DNA of 55,757 nucleotides from a virus (lineage: Duplodnaviria > Caudoviricetes): the IMG/VR virus record IMGVR_UViG_3300048902_000067, positions 1 through 55,757 of that record; one strand, 5' to 3'. The stretch's first letter is position 1. Every line of letters begins with the position of its first letter. The translations under genes and the position numbers were made by a program. Shown here piece by piece: positions 1 to 8,386 of this stretch. The notes beneath the pieces were generated by a model. The model was given only the letters and a program-made list of their open reading frames with translations. It had not been told where the DNA came from and did not search any database.

Positions 1-142
1 TGGCCGCTGGAGCCGATCTGGGCGGAGTGGCCGCTGGAGCCGATCTTGGCGGAGTGGCCGCTGGAGCCGATCTGGGCGGAGTCGCCGCTGGAGCCGATCT
101 TGGCGGAGTGGCCGCTGGAGCCGATCTTGGCGGAGTGGCCGC
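1..142. repeat. 27-bp tandem repeat TGGCCGCTGGAGCCGATCT(T/G)GGCGGAG, left part
   Basis: About 5 units seen directly; minus strand encodes SA(K/Q)IGSSG(H/D). Confidence 0.97.
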
Positions 143-515
143 TGGGATCGTCCCCCTTACCTTTGGTGGCGTCGATGACCCACTTGATGGCGGCGGACAC
201 GATCTCCGGAATGCGAAGTTCGGCATCGATGGTGATGCGTCCGGCAGCTATCTTGCTGTCTTCGCCATGGCGCGCGAGGGCGCCCGAAACCGTAACCCGA
301 GCAAAGCGATTGCCGTCTGCTGGACCGTAGTACGACCACACGTCGAACGGGTTTTCACAGGCGTGAAAGCCCGATGCACAAGCCTCCACGGCGCCCGTGT
401 GCTCGTAGGTCTTACCGACCTCGTATTTGTAGCCCCGGCAAGACAGGTCTTTGTCGAAGCCCTTGAAGCAGACGATGGTCTCTTCAGATGCTACGGCTTT
501 CTTGGCGCGAGCCAT
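1..515 (-). CDS. N-terminal part of a phage protein with a KGFDKDLSCRG/GFHAC domain (DUF7666-like) and 9-aa SAKIGSSGH repeats; continues across the origin
   Basis: Translated by hand: MARAKKAVASEETIVCFKGFDKDLSCRGYKYEVGKTY...GFHACENPFDVWSYY...; not in the ORF track because it runs off the end. Confidence 0.85.
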   Translation of the reverse strand, partial: MARAKKAVASEETIVCFKGFDKDLSCRGYKYEVGKTYEHTGAVEACASGFHACENPFDVWSYYGPADGNRFARVTVSGALARHGEDSKIAAGRITIDAELRIPEIVSAAIKWVIDATKGKGDDPSGHSAKIGSSGHSAKIGSSGDSAQIGSSGHSAKIGSSGHSAQIGSSG

Positions 516-517
516 CG

Positions 518-904
518 TTATAGTCCCCCGGCTTGTTTGAGTTGAGCGACCCGCTTTTGCAGGTGCGCGAATGTGGTGGGTGAGCGGTTGGCGAGATCGG
601 CCAGTCCGGTCCCGACGCCATCGAGCGGGAGGACGACGATCCGGTCAGCCTTCAGGGCTTCGAACAGCGGCTCCATGTCGGCGTCGATCACGGCCATCTG
701 CTGGGCCGCGTAAATGTGACCGTCTTTCCAGAAGACGCCGGGCGCTTTCAGGGTTGCGATGCCAACCGCGTTAGGCTCACCGCGCATCTCGGCGGCTTGA
801 CCGCCAAGGCCCCGGCGTTCCTCGTTGTCGCCATACGCATAGGTGACGTTCGGGTTTGCACGGAGATCGGCGCGATAGATGCGGGACTGAAGGATCAGCG
901 GCAC
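518..904 (-). CDS. Conserved phage hypothetical protein (GDN..R.G.GGQA motif)
   Basis: Part of the leftward operon; typical phage protein motif. Confidence 0.75.
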   Translation of the reverse strand: MPLILQSRIYRADLRANPNVTYAYGDNEERRGLGGQAAEMRGEPNAVGIATLKAPGVFWKDGHIYAAQQMAVIDADMEPLFEALKADRIVVLPLDGVGTGLADLANRSPTTFAHLQKRVAQLKQAGGL

Positions 905-1164
905 GACGCACCTCGCTTGGACAGCAGCGCCTCAATCTCATCCGTCGCCAGCCCCATGATCCCCATGGCCATGTCCTCAAAGCTTCCAAGAGGCCTTGCG
1001 TAGGGATAGGGTCCGATAAGCTTGGTGAGCTGAGCCAGGGCTTCGCGGGCGACAGTTCTTCCGGTCTCCGCGCCCATCAGGGTCGGGTACACAGCGACTT
1101 CAGCGCCGTCGTAGCGAACCGCAAAGCCATCTAGGTGGCCGGTGATTTCAATGGAGAAGGTCAT
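895..1164 (-). CDS. Hypothetical protein
   Basis: Overlap-coupled within the leftward operon. Confidence 0.6.
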   Translation of the reverse strand: MTFSIEITGHLDGFAVRYDGAEVAVYPTLMGAETGRTVAREALAQLTKLIGPYPYARPLGSFEDMAMGIMGLATDEIEALLSKRGASCR

Positions 1165-1406
1165 TTCTTGGCCTCAGGCGCCAATGACTCGGCGACAGCC
1201 TGCGGCTCATAAGAACTTAACCAATGCGTGTAGGCTGGACTTTGCGTGGCGGCCTGAGCCGTTTCGAACCGCTCAGCTTCCTCCAGCTTCGGAGTCGCCA
1301 TCGGGCCAATAGCCGTCCAACAAGCGAAGTACTGCGGTTGGCCTTGGCGCGGGCCGCTTAGGTAGGTAGCGGCTAGAACGTATTGTGGCGCATTAACTTC
1401 AGACAC
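1161..1406 (-). CDS. Hypothetical protein
   Basis: ATGA overlap with the downstream gene. Confidence 0.6.
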   Translation of the reverse strand: MSEVNAPQYVLAATYLSGPRQGQPQYFACWTAIGPMATPKLEEAERFETAQAATQSPAYTHWLSSYEPQAVAESLAPEAKK

Positions 1407-1408
1407 GG

Positions 1409-2131
1409 TCAGGCCTCCGCGCTAAGGGATTTGGCGATGAACTCGGCCGCCCAGATGCCGTTTCTCGTAAGCTGGCGCTGCCATGCGCCCTCGCGAGGCG
1501 ACCAGCGGAAGGCTCGGCCCTTGAGTTGCGCGATGACTTCGGGCTCGGGCCGGCCGTCGAAGATCAACTGCACCCGGTCGAGCGGCTTGTTCAACACGAC
1601 CCGACCACCAGGGAACGCACTCTCGCGATGTTCCACGCCCGACGCGCGGGCTGCGATAGAGGCAGCAGCTTTGGCGCTTGAACGAAGCTGCCGGCGGGTC
1701 CATTCCCCCGCGCGCTTTTCGTGATGAAGCAATTCGTCTAGCCGCTTCATCTCCGTTTCCATGCGCTTCTTGTTTCGCTCAACTGGGAAGCGTGCTGGGC
1801 CGGTGATCATCCAATTCATCACCCTTGCGCCTGCGCTCTGGTAGGCTACCCACTTCCGAAAGTAGCGTTCGCCCCATAGCGTGGCCATTTCGTCTGTGCC
1901 GCCCGCTTCGGTCACGGCATTGACGCCACCGGCCCAGGCATTTGCGCCGTCGTCGAGAGCCCGCTGAGCGGCCTTGTCCGGGGAGAAAGTGCGCCAGTCG
2001 AAGCTCCGCTCGAACCGCTCGCGCCCCCCCATGGCGGCCTCCAGGCGGGCGCGGTAAGCCGCAGCAGGCTCGGCATCGGTGCGAGCGGCTCTTTCTCCGT
2101 CCGCGCACGACTGGCTCTGGGAGGCGCTCAT
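1409..2131 (-). CDS. DUF3560/polyvalent-protein-like domain protein
   Basis: MITGPARFP and RVQLIFDGRP...LK..AFRWSP..GAWQR motifs; start at 2131 overlaps the upstream stop. Confidence 0.7.
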   Translation of the reverse strand: MSASQSQSCADGERAARTDAEPAAAYRARLEAAMGGRERFERSFDWRTFSPDKAAQRALDDGANAWAGGVNAVTEAGGTDEMATLWGERYFRKWVAYQSAGARVMNWMITGPARFPVERNKKRMETEMKRLDELLHHEKRAGEWTRRQLRSSAKAAASIAARASGVEHRESAFPGGRVVLNKPLDRVQLIFDGRPEPEVIAQLKGRAFRWSPREGAWQRQLTRNGIWAAEFIAKSLSAEA

Positions 2132-2322
2132 ATCGTGCTCTCCCAGCGCCGCAGATAAGCCTCTGAAGGCGCGCAATCCTCATCTTCGTCAGCCTCTCCA
2201 CACCCCTCACAAAGCATCGCTTCGTTCAGAGCCTTCAGAGGGTGAGGGACCTTGCAGGCGTCGCAGGGAAAGAGCCTGACTGTGGGCGCGATTTGCGCTG
2301 AGGCGGTTCCATCGGCGGGCAT
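2128..2322 (-). CDS. Small CxxC-CxxC zinc-finger protein, first gene of the leftward operon
   Basis: CDAC...CEGC; GAGAGG ribosome-binding site upstream. Confidence 0.6.
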   Translation of the reverse strand: MPADGTASAQIAPTVRLFPCDACKVPHPLKALNEAMLCEGCGEADEDEDCAPSEAYLRRWESTI

Positions 2323-2347
2323 GTGGGTTCCTCTCGGTGTGAGAGAA

Positions 2348-2392
2348 GGATACGAAAGGTACCCAATTAAGTCAACACATATTGTACCCAAT
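2348..2392 (-). promoter_or_regulatory. pL/oL: leftward promoter with two repressor operators
   Basis: TTGACT on the minus strand (2370-2375) between GGATACGAAAGGTACCCA and ACACATATTGTACCCA. Confidence 0.7.
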
Positions 2393-2438
2393 GGAAAAGA
2401 TTATTCTGGAATGAGGATCTCATTCGCCCGTCGGGCGA

Positions 2439-2906
2439 CTAGAACGGCATCCAGCTCAAATCATCGCAAGCCGATTGGGCCGCCTTGATCTCCGGAGGTC
2501 GAAAATCCCGCTCCAAGCATTTCAAGCTCGCCTCTTCCGAGAGGCACCCAGCGGCACGCTGAAGTCGCTCGATGCGCTCGGAATCGGCGTCGGCTTGTGT
2601 TGCGGCAGCCCTTAGCGCGCCCAGATCAATGTAATGAAATCTGGGTGTTATATAAGCTAATACGCGTTGGTGGCGGGAGGTGGTTTCAGAAAGTTGATTT
2701 AACGCGAGCTGTTCAGCTTTTGCCCATTTTGGATCGCCCGCAAAAAAAGCAGCTAGTTCACGCAGCGCGCCAGCCTGATTCCCCAGGCTGCGCGCGCAAT
2801 AAGCCGCCCTTAGATCGCGCAGGGTCGCTGGCTCGGCCGCGAGAACTGATCCAGATCGGAGCAAAAGAGCACCCAGCAAGCCTGCGGTGTAGAGGGGCGA
2901 CCTCAT
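2439..2906 (-). CDS. Secreted protein co-transcribed with cI (possible exclusion or lysogenic-conversion protein)
   Basis: Signal peptide MRSPLYTAGLLGALLLRSGSVLA; ATG overlaps the cI stop. Confidence 0.7.
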   Translation of the reverse strand: MRSPLYTAGLLGALLLRSGSVLAAEPATLRDLRAAYCARSLGNQAGALRELAAFFAGDPKWAKAEQLALNQLSETTSRHQRVLAYITPRFHYIDLGALRAAATQADADSERIERLQRAAGCLSEEASLKCLERDFRPPEIKAAQSACDDLSWMPF

Positions 2907-3238
2907 TGGGAAGCCCGGAGGAGCCGTAGGGCCTTTGTTCGTTCCTCTGGCGACATGCTCTGCCATGTCTGCTCGACCTCGTCGCGAGTCGTCGGACCGT
3001 TGCCAGTCATCAACCAGTACGGGTTCACCCTAAAGGCGCGAGCATATTTTTCGACGTACTCCGTCTTGAGGCCATCCTTCTGGCGCTCGCCTTGTTCATG
3101 ACTTTTATAGGTATTCTCGTTCCAGCCATTCGCGACGGCGGCTCCTCGACTCGAAGAGTATCCGGCGTTCTCGCGCGCAAGTCGAAGCCGACCGCCGATA
3201 GTTTTGAGGTCTGGCGGTCCTGCCGCTTGCTTTGCCAT
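2903..3238 (-). CDS. cI: CI-like XRE helix-turn-helix repressor without an S24 peptidase domain
   Basis: RLRLARENAG...YARAFRVNPYWLMTG; divergent from the cro-like gene; 111 aa. Confidence 0.85.
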   Translation of the reverse strand: MAKQAAGPPDLKTIGGRLRLARENAGYSSSRGAAVANGWNENTYKSHEQGERQKDGLKTEYVEKYARAFRVNPYWLMTGNGPTTRDEVEQTWQSMSPEERTKALRLLRASQ

Positions 3239-3261
3239 GGGCGCGGATCGTAACGATAAAT

Positions 3262-3306
3262 TGGGTACGATGGGTGTTGACCTGATTGGGGACGTAGCGT
3301 ACCCAT
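3262..3306 (+). promoter_or_regulatory. pR/oR operators
   Basis: TGGGTACGATGGGTGT and TGGGGACGTAGCGTACCCA flank TTGACC; share the GTACCCA half-site with oL. Confidence 0.7.
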
Positions 3307-3313
3307 TGGCGGT

Positions 3314-3541
3314 ATGGTCAACTCGTTCAAGGACATCATCGTCAAGCTCGGCGGCCCGGCGGAGTTCGGGCGTGCGGTGGGCATGACGCCCGGCGCCGCC
3401 AAGCAGGCCCAGCGGCGAAACTCCATCGCCGCCGAATGGTTCGCTGCAACAGCGAGAGCTGCTCAAAGTGCGGGACTCGCAGAAATCACAGAAGCCCGGC
3501 TGGCCGAATTGGCTGAGCGGAAGCGCACTCAGGCCGCATGA
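3314..3541 (+). CDS. cro: Cro-like repressor
   Basis: 75 aa; IIVKLGGPAEFGRAVG helix-turn-helix; divergent from cI. Confidence 0.8.
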   Translation: MVNSFKDIIVKLGGPAEFGRAVGMTPGAAKQAQRRNSIAAEWFAATARAAQSAGLAEITEARLAELAERKRTQAA

Positions 3542-3542
3542 T

Positions 3543-3875
3543 TCACCGTTCCGGCAAGCTCGCATACAGCACCGGCAGGAACCGGCTGAACAGCGCCTCG
3601 GCTCCGTCGTGGGCTTCGGCGTCTGACGATCGCCGTCCTCGGGATCGCGCGGGGCGTAACAAACAGACCGACCCCTCCTGCCTGAACGTCTCTAGCGCAT
3701 GGGCTATGAAGGCCTCGCCTCGTCGCCTGGGCTGTGTGGCGATGAACGATTGCACGAGGACCCTCACCAGTTCCGACATTGCCGTCATGGGCATGTCCGC
3801 TTCGCCGTCTGATTGCGGTTGCTCTGCGCTCATGGTCGCTGCCTCCCCTGATCGGGAAGCAAGCTGCACCGCCAT
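3543..3875 (-). CDS. Hypothetical protein antisense to the rightward operon
   Basis: Fills the gap after cro; plausible composition; start uncertain. Confidence 0.4.
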   Translation of the reverse strand: MAVQLASRSGEAATMSAEQPQSDGEADMPMTAMSELVRVLVQSFIATQPRRRGEAFIAHALETFRQEGSVCLLRPARSRGRRSSDAEAHDGAEALFSRFLPVLYASLPER

Positions 3876-4059
3876 TTTGGTAAAAGACAACTACGGATTT
3901 ATCACGGGCTTCACACCCTCCCTGAGGGAAATAAACACATGTGAATCCTCCGGGGCCGAGGTCTAGATGGCCTGGTTCCTCATAGGGTTCTGCGTGGTGT
4001 TCCCAGGATGTCTGGTCGCCCCGGCGGCGCTGAGCCTTCTGGACGGGAGGGCTTAGGAT

Positions 4060-5211
4060 ATGGGCCTCCCGGAACGCTTGATAGACCAGTGCGGCGACGG
4101 AGAAAGAGCCGCTGCCCCCGAGCGGCCCAAGCTGCTCGACTTGTTCTCCGGTATCGGGGGCTTCTCGCTCGGATTGGAACGCGCCGGTTTCGAGACCGTG
4201 GCGTTCTGCGAGATCAGCGCCAAATGCCGCCACCTCCTGCAACACCATTGGCCGGAGGTCCGCGCCTACGATGACATCTGCACCCTCACCGCCGAGCGAC
4301 TTGCTGCCGATGGAATTGCCGTTGATGCAATATGCGGAGGCTTCCCCTGTCAGGACATCAGTTTTGCAGGGAAAGGCGCAGGCCTCGCAGGCGAGCGCTC
4401 GGGCCTCTGGCGTGACTACGCTCGACTCATTCGCGAACTTCAGCCCCGCGTCGTTGTCGTGGAGAACGTCGCAGCGCTCCTTAGTCGAGGACTTGGAGAC
4501 GTTCTCGGAGACTTGGCCGCGCTCGGGTACGATGCGTGGTGGGACTGTATTCCAGCTTCCGCCGTTGGCGCCCCTCACCGTCGCGATCGGCTCTGGCTTG
4601 TTGCCTACGCCCGAGGCGTCGAACACCAAGGCTACGGCGATGCGCTCCGGCGGGCGGTCGCCGCGGAACTTCTTGGCCCCGCTTTGGCCGACCCCGACGT
4701 TGACGTACACACGTGCGGACTGGTCGAAGGAGCGCATCGAGGAACGCCAAGCCGAGGTGAAGGCTGCGACGCTGGCGAAGGGCAAGCACCATACCGGGAA
4801 CGGGTTCGGCCTCAATCTGGAGCAGGCCGTAAGGTTCTGGCCCACGCCGCGGGCGAACGACTCACTGAAGCGCGGGGATTTCGACGCCACGAACCCACGC
4901 AACGGCCTGCCTGCGACGGTGAAACGCAGCATGTGGCCGACCATGACTTGCTCGGCTCGGAAGGGTTGCGGCCGAACCGGCGGCTCAGCGTGGAAGCACA
5001 ATTTCGATCGGAGGCGGCTGGATGCGGTCGCAGCCTCTACAGCGGCGCCAGACAGTGGAGCGCTGAACCCAACGTGGGTCGAGTGGCTCATGGGGTTCCC
5101 GCTCGGGTGGACCGCTTGCATGGCCTCGGCAACGCCGTCGTGCCGGAGATACCCTACAGGCTCGGGCGGGCGATCCTCGAAGCGCGCTCCAAAGTAGGAG
5201 TGGCGGCATGA
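4060..5211 (+). CDS. C5-cytosine DNA methyltransferase, alpha polypeptide
   Basis: Motifs I (LDLFSGIGG), IV (GFPCQD), VI (ENV), VIII (HRRDRLW) and X (GLGNAVVP) present; motif IX absent. Confidence 0.9.
   Translation: MGLPERLIDQCGDGERAAAPERPKLLDLFSGIGGFSLGLERAGFETVAFCEISAKCRHLLQHHWPEVRAYDDICTLTAERLAADGIAVDAICGGFPCQDISFAGKGAGLAGERSGLWRDYARLIRELQPRVVVVENVAALLSRGLGDVLGDLAALGYDAWWDCIPASAVGAPHRRDRLWLVAYARGVEHQGYGDALRRAVAAELLGPALADPDVDVHTCGLVEGAHRGTPSRGEGCDAGEGQAPYRERVRPQSGAGRKVLAHAAGERLTEARGFRRHEPTQRPACDGETQHVADHDLLGSEGLRPNRRLSVEAQFRSEAAGCGRSLYSGARQWSAEPNVGRVAHGVPARVDRLHGLGNAVVPEIPYRLGRAILEARSKVGVAA
4271..5197 (+). CDS. Nested alternative-frame methyltransferase beta polypeptide (motif IX plus target-recognition-like repeats)
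   Basis: 308-codon open frame ending LNPTWVEWLMGFPLGWT; repeated L/F/M-W-PT motifs; true start uncertain. Confidence 0.7.
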   Translation: MTSAPSPPSDLLPMELPLMQYAEASPVRTSVLQGKAQASQASARASGVTTLDSFANFSPASLSWRTSQRSLVEDLETFSETWPRSGTMRGGTVFQLPPLAPLTVAIGSGLLPTPEASNTKATAMRSGGRSPRNFLAPLWPTPTLTYTRADWSKERIEERQAEVKAATLAKGKHHTGNGFGLNLEQAVRFWPTPRANDSLKRGDFDATNPRNGLPATVKRSMWPTMTCSARKGCGRTGGSAWKHNFDRRRLDAVAASTAAPDSGALNPTWVEWLMGFPLGWTACMASATPSCRRYPTGSGGRSSKRAPK

Positions 5212-5681
5212 AGCGCTGCCCCGCGTGTAAGACGGAAAAGCCGGTTTCCGAATTCTGGACCCGGCGAGATCGCGGCGGGCCGGCGTCACGCTGCAAGCTC
5301 TGCAGCATGGAAAGGCAGAAGGCTTGGCGCCGAAGCCGTCCTGACTACGAAAAGAACCGCTATCAGGCGGTAAAGGTCGAAACCCGCGAGCGCCATATGG
5401 TCCGAAAGTACGGCGTCACGCTTGCCGACTATGAAGCGATGCTTGCCGTCCAGGGCGGACGCTGCGCTATCTGCCACGTCACCGAAGGATCGCAGCGGTA
5501 CGGCGTATTTCACGTTGATCATTGCCACTCCACTGGTCGCGTTCGCGGGCTGCTTTGCCGGGGATGCAATCACATGCTCGGCGTGGTTGGCGATAGCGTT
5601 GAGGCCCTTGAGAGGGCGATCAGCTACCTCGGCGGCAAAGCAATCCTGACCGCCCGCCAAGCCCAGGCGGAGGCCGCATGA
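5208..5681 (+). CDS. Endonuclease VII-family HNH protein with an N-terminal zinc finger
   Basis: QGGRCAIC...HVDHCHSTGRVRGLLCRGCN. Confidence 0.9.
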   Translation: MKRCPACKTEKPVSEFWTRRDRGGPASRCKLCSMERQKAWRRSRPDYEKNRYQAVKVETRERHMVRKYGVTLADYEAMLAVQGGRCAICHVTEGSQRYGVFHVDHCHSTGRVRGLLCRGCNHMLGVVGDSVEALERAISYLGGKAILTARQAQAEAA

Positions 5682-6006
5682 ACCTCCAACAGCACCCCGA
5701 GCTTCCAGCCGTTCTGCGCCCGTCACACCGCAGTTCGGCCCATCCCATGGTGGTCGGCTCCCGTGGGGAGGAAATGAGCCGACACTTATCACTTCACCCT
5801 CGCAATGGTCGCGACGGCTCGGGTTGCCGCCCTGCCGCTCGCGCCGTCGAGATACTTCGCAGCCGCCCTCAGGAGGCTAGCTGCGGTCTTCAAATCTCCA
5901 GAACCAATATGCGCCAGGGCTCCAGCCAAGGACCGCCCCGCGCTTTCAAACTGTCCGTTCTGTCCAACCTCCATCGCTCTGCTGTCCCGCCTTGTGAGCT
6001 TTCACA

Positions 6007-6465
6007 ATGACGGAGACGCTGGTGGATTTCCCGCACATCAAACGGCCCAGACAACACACCTTGGGCCTTGACAAAGCCACGCGCGACGCAATGGCCGACT
6101 ACTGGCGGATGCGCTGGCCCAGCAACACGGCCAAGCACGGCGCACGCGAATTCCGGCTGACCTTGGACCAAGGGCGCAGCGTCGTCGCCGGCCGGGCCTC
6201 GCTGACCACCATTGACCAAATCGAGAAGGCTGGCGGCTGGCCGGTGATCTTCGCCGTGAAGGCAATGGTCATCGGGTACGGGGCTGACCAGTACCTAGCA
6301 GAAGTGAGGGAACATCATGAGGCGAACGCCGGACGGCTGGCTGCGATTTTTGGCGTGGGGAGGTCTGTGGGTCCTGATCGGGATTCTGGCGATCCCCACC
6401 GTGACCTTCAGCTTCGCGACCGGCGCCGGCCTTTGGTTGATCACACCGCTCAAGGCCAAGGCTGA
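6007..6465 (+). CDS. Hypothetical, possibly CII-like regulator
   Basis: Position in the early rightward operon; helix-turn-helix-like segment. Confidence 0.55.
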   Translation: MTETLVDFPHIKRPRQHTLGLDKATRDAMADYWRMRWPSNTAKHGAREFRLTLDQGRSVVAGRASLTTIDQIEKAGGWPVIFAVKAMVIGYGADQYLAEVREHHEANAGRLAAIFGVGRSVGPDRDSGDPHRDLQLRDRRRPLVDHTAQGQG

Positions 6466-6507
6466 CGAGTTGCTGAACGACTGAACGATTTCAACAGGAG
6501 AAGACCA

Positions 6508-6843
6508 ATGGATGTTGAACCAGCCAAATCCAATATGCCCCAACCCGAAGATGTGGTGGCCGCCCGGCTGGCCGGCCAGCCGGCAATGAACGACGGCCTT
6601 CTAGGCGCCGATCGGATCGCGCCCATGGCTGACCCCGAATGGCGCGCGCGACGCGACGCTGAAAACGCAGAGTACGCCGCTGAGCGGGAGCGCGAACGGC
6701 AGGAACGCTACGACCTACAGAACATCGTCAACCGCCAGACCGCCATGCACGCGGCGCTGATGCTGGAGCCCAAGCCGAGCGATCCGGACCAGCTCGTCAC
6801 CGCCGCAAGCACGCTCCTCGCGTTTCTGACGAGCAAGACCTAG
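6508..6843 (+). CDS. Hypothetical protein
   Basis: AGGAG ribosome-binding site. Confidence 0.7.
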   Translation: MDVEPAKSNMPQPEDVVAARLAGQPAMNDGLLGADRIAPMADPEWRARRDAENAEYAAERERERQERYDLQNIVNRQTAMHAALMLEPKPSDPDQLVTAASTLLAFLTSKT

Positions 6844-6850
6844 GCGCGGC

Positions 6851-7036
6851 ATGATCCGCTCACTAACCCACAGCATAACCTCCTGGCGCGCGAAGCGTAT
6901 CCGCAAGGGCTTTGAACGAGCCTTCGCCGCCTATGATCGACAGATCGCGGAGGTGAGGGCGAAACATGGCCGGGTAAGGGACGCTGAAGCCGAGAAGTCC
7001 CAGGCGGTCCACGCGGCCTTGCGGGGCGCGCGATGA
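6851..7036 (+). CDS. Hypothetical protein
   Basis: ATGA-coupled to rusA. Confidence 0.6.
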   Translation: MIRSLTHSITSWRAKRIRKGFERAFAAYDRQIAEVRAKHGRVRDAEAEKSQAVHAALRGAR

Positions 7037-7410
7037 CCTCCTTGACAATCCCGTTCCCGCCCAGCGCAAACCGCCTCTGGCGCAATGTCGGCGCCAAGAC
7101 CCTGAAGTCCGCCGAATATCGGGCGTGGCTTGAATCCGCTAGATGGGCCGTGAAGGCGCAGCGCCCTGAGGCCGTGGGCGGCCCGTACAGCTTGGCCATG
7201 GTCGCCAGTCGTCCCGACAACCGCCGCCGCGATCTTGGGAACCTGTTGAAGGCCACCGAGGACCTGCTTGTGGCCATCGGCGTGATCGAGGACGACCATC
7301 TCGCCCAGTCAATCTACATGACCTGGTCCGCGACCAAACCCGCCAAGCCGGCGACCATCTCGTTGACGGTTCTTCCGTGGTCGCTGGCTCGCCAAGAGGG
7401 CTTTGCGTGA
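7033..7410 (+). CDS. rusA: RusA Holliday-junction resolvase
   Basis: PFPPSANRLW...RRRDLGNLLKATEDLL...DD. Confidence 0.92.
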   Translation: MTSLTIPFPPSANRLWRNVGAKTLKSAEYRAWLESARWAVKAQRPEAVGGPYSLAMVASRPDNRRRDLGNLLKATEDLLVAIGVIEDDHLAQSIYMTWSATKPAKPATISLTVLPWSLARQEGFA

Positions 7411-7790
7411 CCCTCTCCCGTCACCCCATCCGCGAGACCGTTCAGCGCATCATCAACGAGGAGGCGTCTCGCCATCTTGTTTCCGCGACCCTGGTCACCG
7501 GGGCGTCGCGGACAGCCAGGGCGATGGTGGCCCGCAATGCCGCCATCCGCCGCATTCTGGCAGAGACAGGTTGCTCCGAGCGGGGGCTTGCCCTGGTTTG
7601 GGGGCTTGAGGCGGCCACGGTGCGCCGCGCCCGATGCTGGCGGGAGCCCAGCCTTTATGACGACAACACCCTGTCTCGGCTTCAGTGGGCTCACGGCGTC
7701 GAGCGGGCGGCATCGATCCTCGCCGGCATCGATCCATCAACCATAGCCGATCAAGCCGCGTGGCGCGGGTTGGGGAGCCGCAGCGCATGA
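7407..7790 (+). CDS. DnaA domain IV-like helix-turn-helix protein
   Basis: G.SR....VAR.....I....G.S...LA...G....TV pattern. Confidence 0.55.
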   Translation: MTLSRHPIRETVQRIINEEASRHLVSATLVTGASRTARAMVARNAAIRRILAETGCSERGLALVWGLEAATVRRARCWREPSLYDDNTLSRLQWAHGVERAASILAGIDPSTIADQAAWRGLGSRSA

Positions 7791-8377
7791 CGTTGCCCTG
7801 GCGCAATTCCCTGGAGGCCAGAGCCGAGCGCGCCGCGCCCAAGGCCACCCTGGAGCAAAAGCCTGTCCCCGGTGGCTGGACGGTTGAGCGGATCGAGCTG
7901 CTCAAGGCGCTATGGATCGATGGCCTGTCCTGCAGCCAAATCGCCGAGCAGCTCAACGAGCAGTTCCAATCCAGCTTCAGCCGCAACGCCGTCATCGGCA
8001 AGGCCGTACGGCTGAAGCTGGATGGACGCCGCGCCCCGACCGCCCCCGGCAAGCTCCGCACAGACCAACGTGCTCCGCCGGTGCGGGCCGGAACAATCCG
8101 CATCGCGAACAACAACCTTCACGTCGAACCCGAACCTCAGGCGTCGATCCAGTCTGGTCAGGAGTCCATAGGCCGGCGCGACATCCTGACGATCCGCGCC
8201 TTCGAATGTCGCTGGCCATTTGGCGATCCGCAAGCGGACGATTTCACCCTGTGCGGCGCCAAAGCCGATGGGAGCAGGCCCTATTGCGCCATCCATAGCG
8301 CGATCGCTTACCAGACCCCGCCCGAAGGCCGTCGCACCGGAAACCAACTGATGAGGGGCCTTCGCCGATATGTGTAG
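7787..8377 (+). CDS. gcrA: GcrA cell-cycle regulator homolog
   Basis: WTVERIELLKALWIDGLSCSQIA...SRNAVIGK; C-terminal CRWPFGDP...CG...PYC..H. Confidence 0.92.
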   Translation: MTLPWRNSLEARAERAAPKATLEQKPVPGGWTVERIELLKALWIDGLSCSQIAEQLNEQFQSSFSRNAVIGKAVRLKLDGRRAPTAPGKLRTDQRAPPVRAGTIRIANNNLHVEPEPQASIQSGQESIGRRDILTIRAFECRWPFGDPQADDFTLCGAKADGSRPYCAIHSAIAYQTPPEGRRTGNQLMRGLRRYV

Positions 8378-8386
8378 GGGTCCCGC

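Noticed and set aside
1-142. Terminal repeats as a CRISPR array or as true terminal repeats
   Set aside because: The units are contiguous with no spacers, are a multiple of 3 and are coding; the 127-nt identity fits an assembly overlap
27-545. Plus-strand ORF with AAGADLGGV repeats
   Set aside because: It is the antisense shadow of the real minus-strand gene, which has recognisable motifs and operon context
3924-3944. ATG-TGA minigene with a ribosome-binding-site-like sequence
   Set aside because: Too short to distinguish from chance
3529-5289. 586-aa minus-strand ORF
   Set aside because: It shadows the doubly coding methyltransferase region in high-GC DNA and has no recognisable motifs
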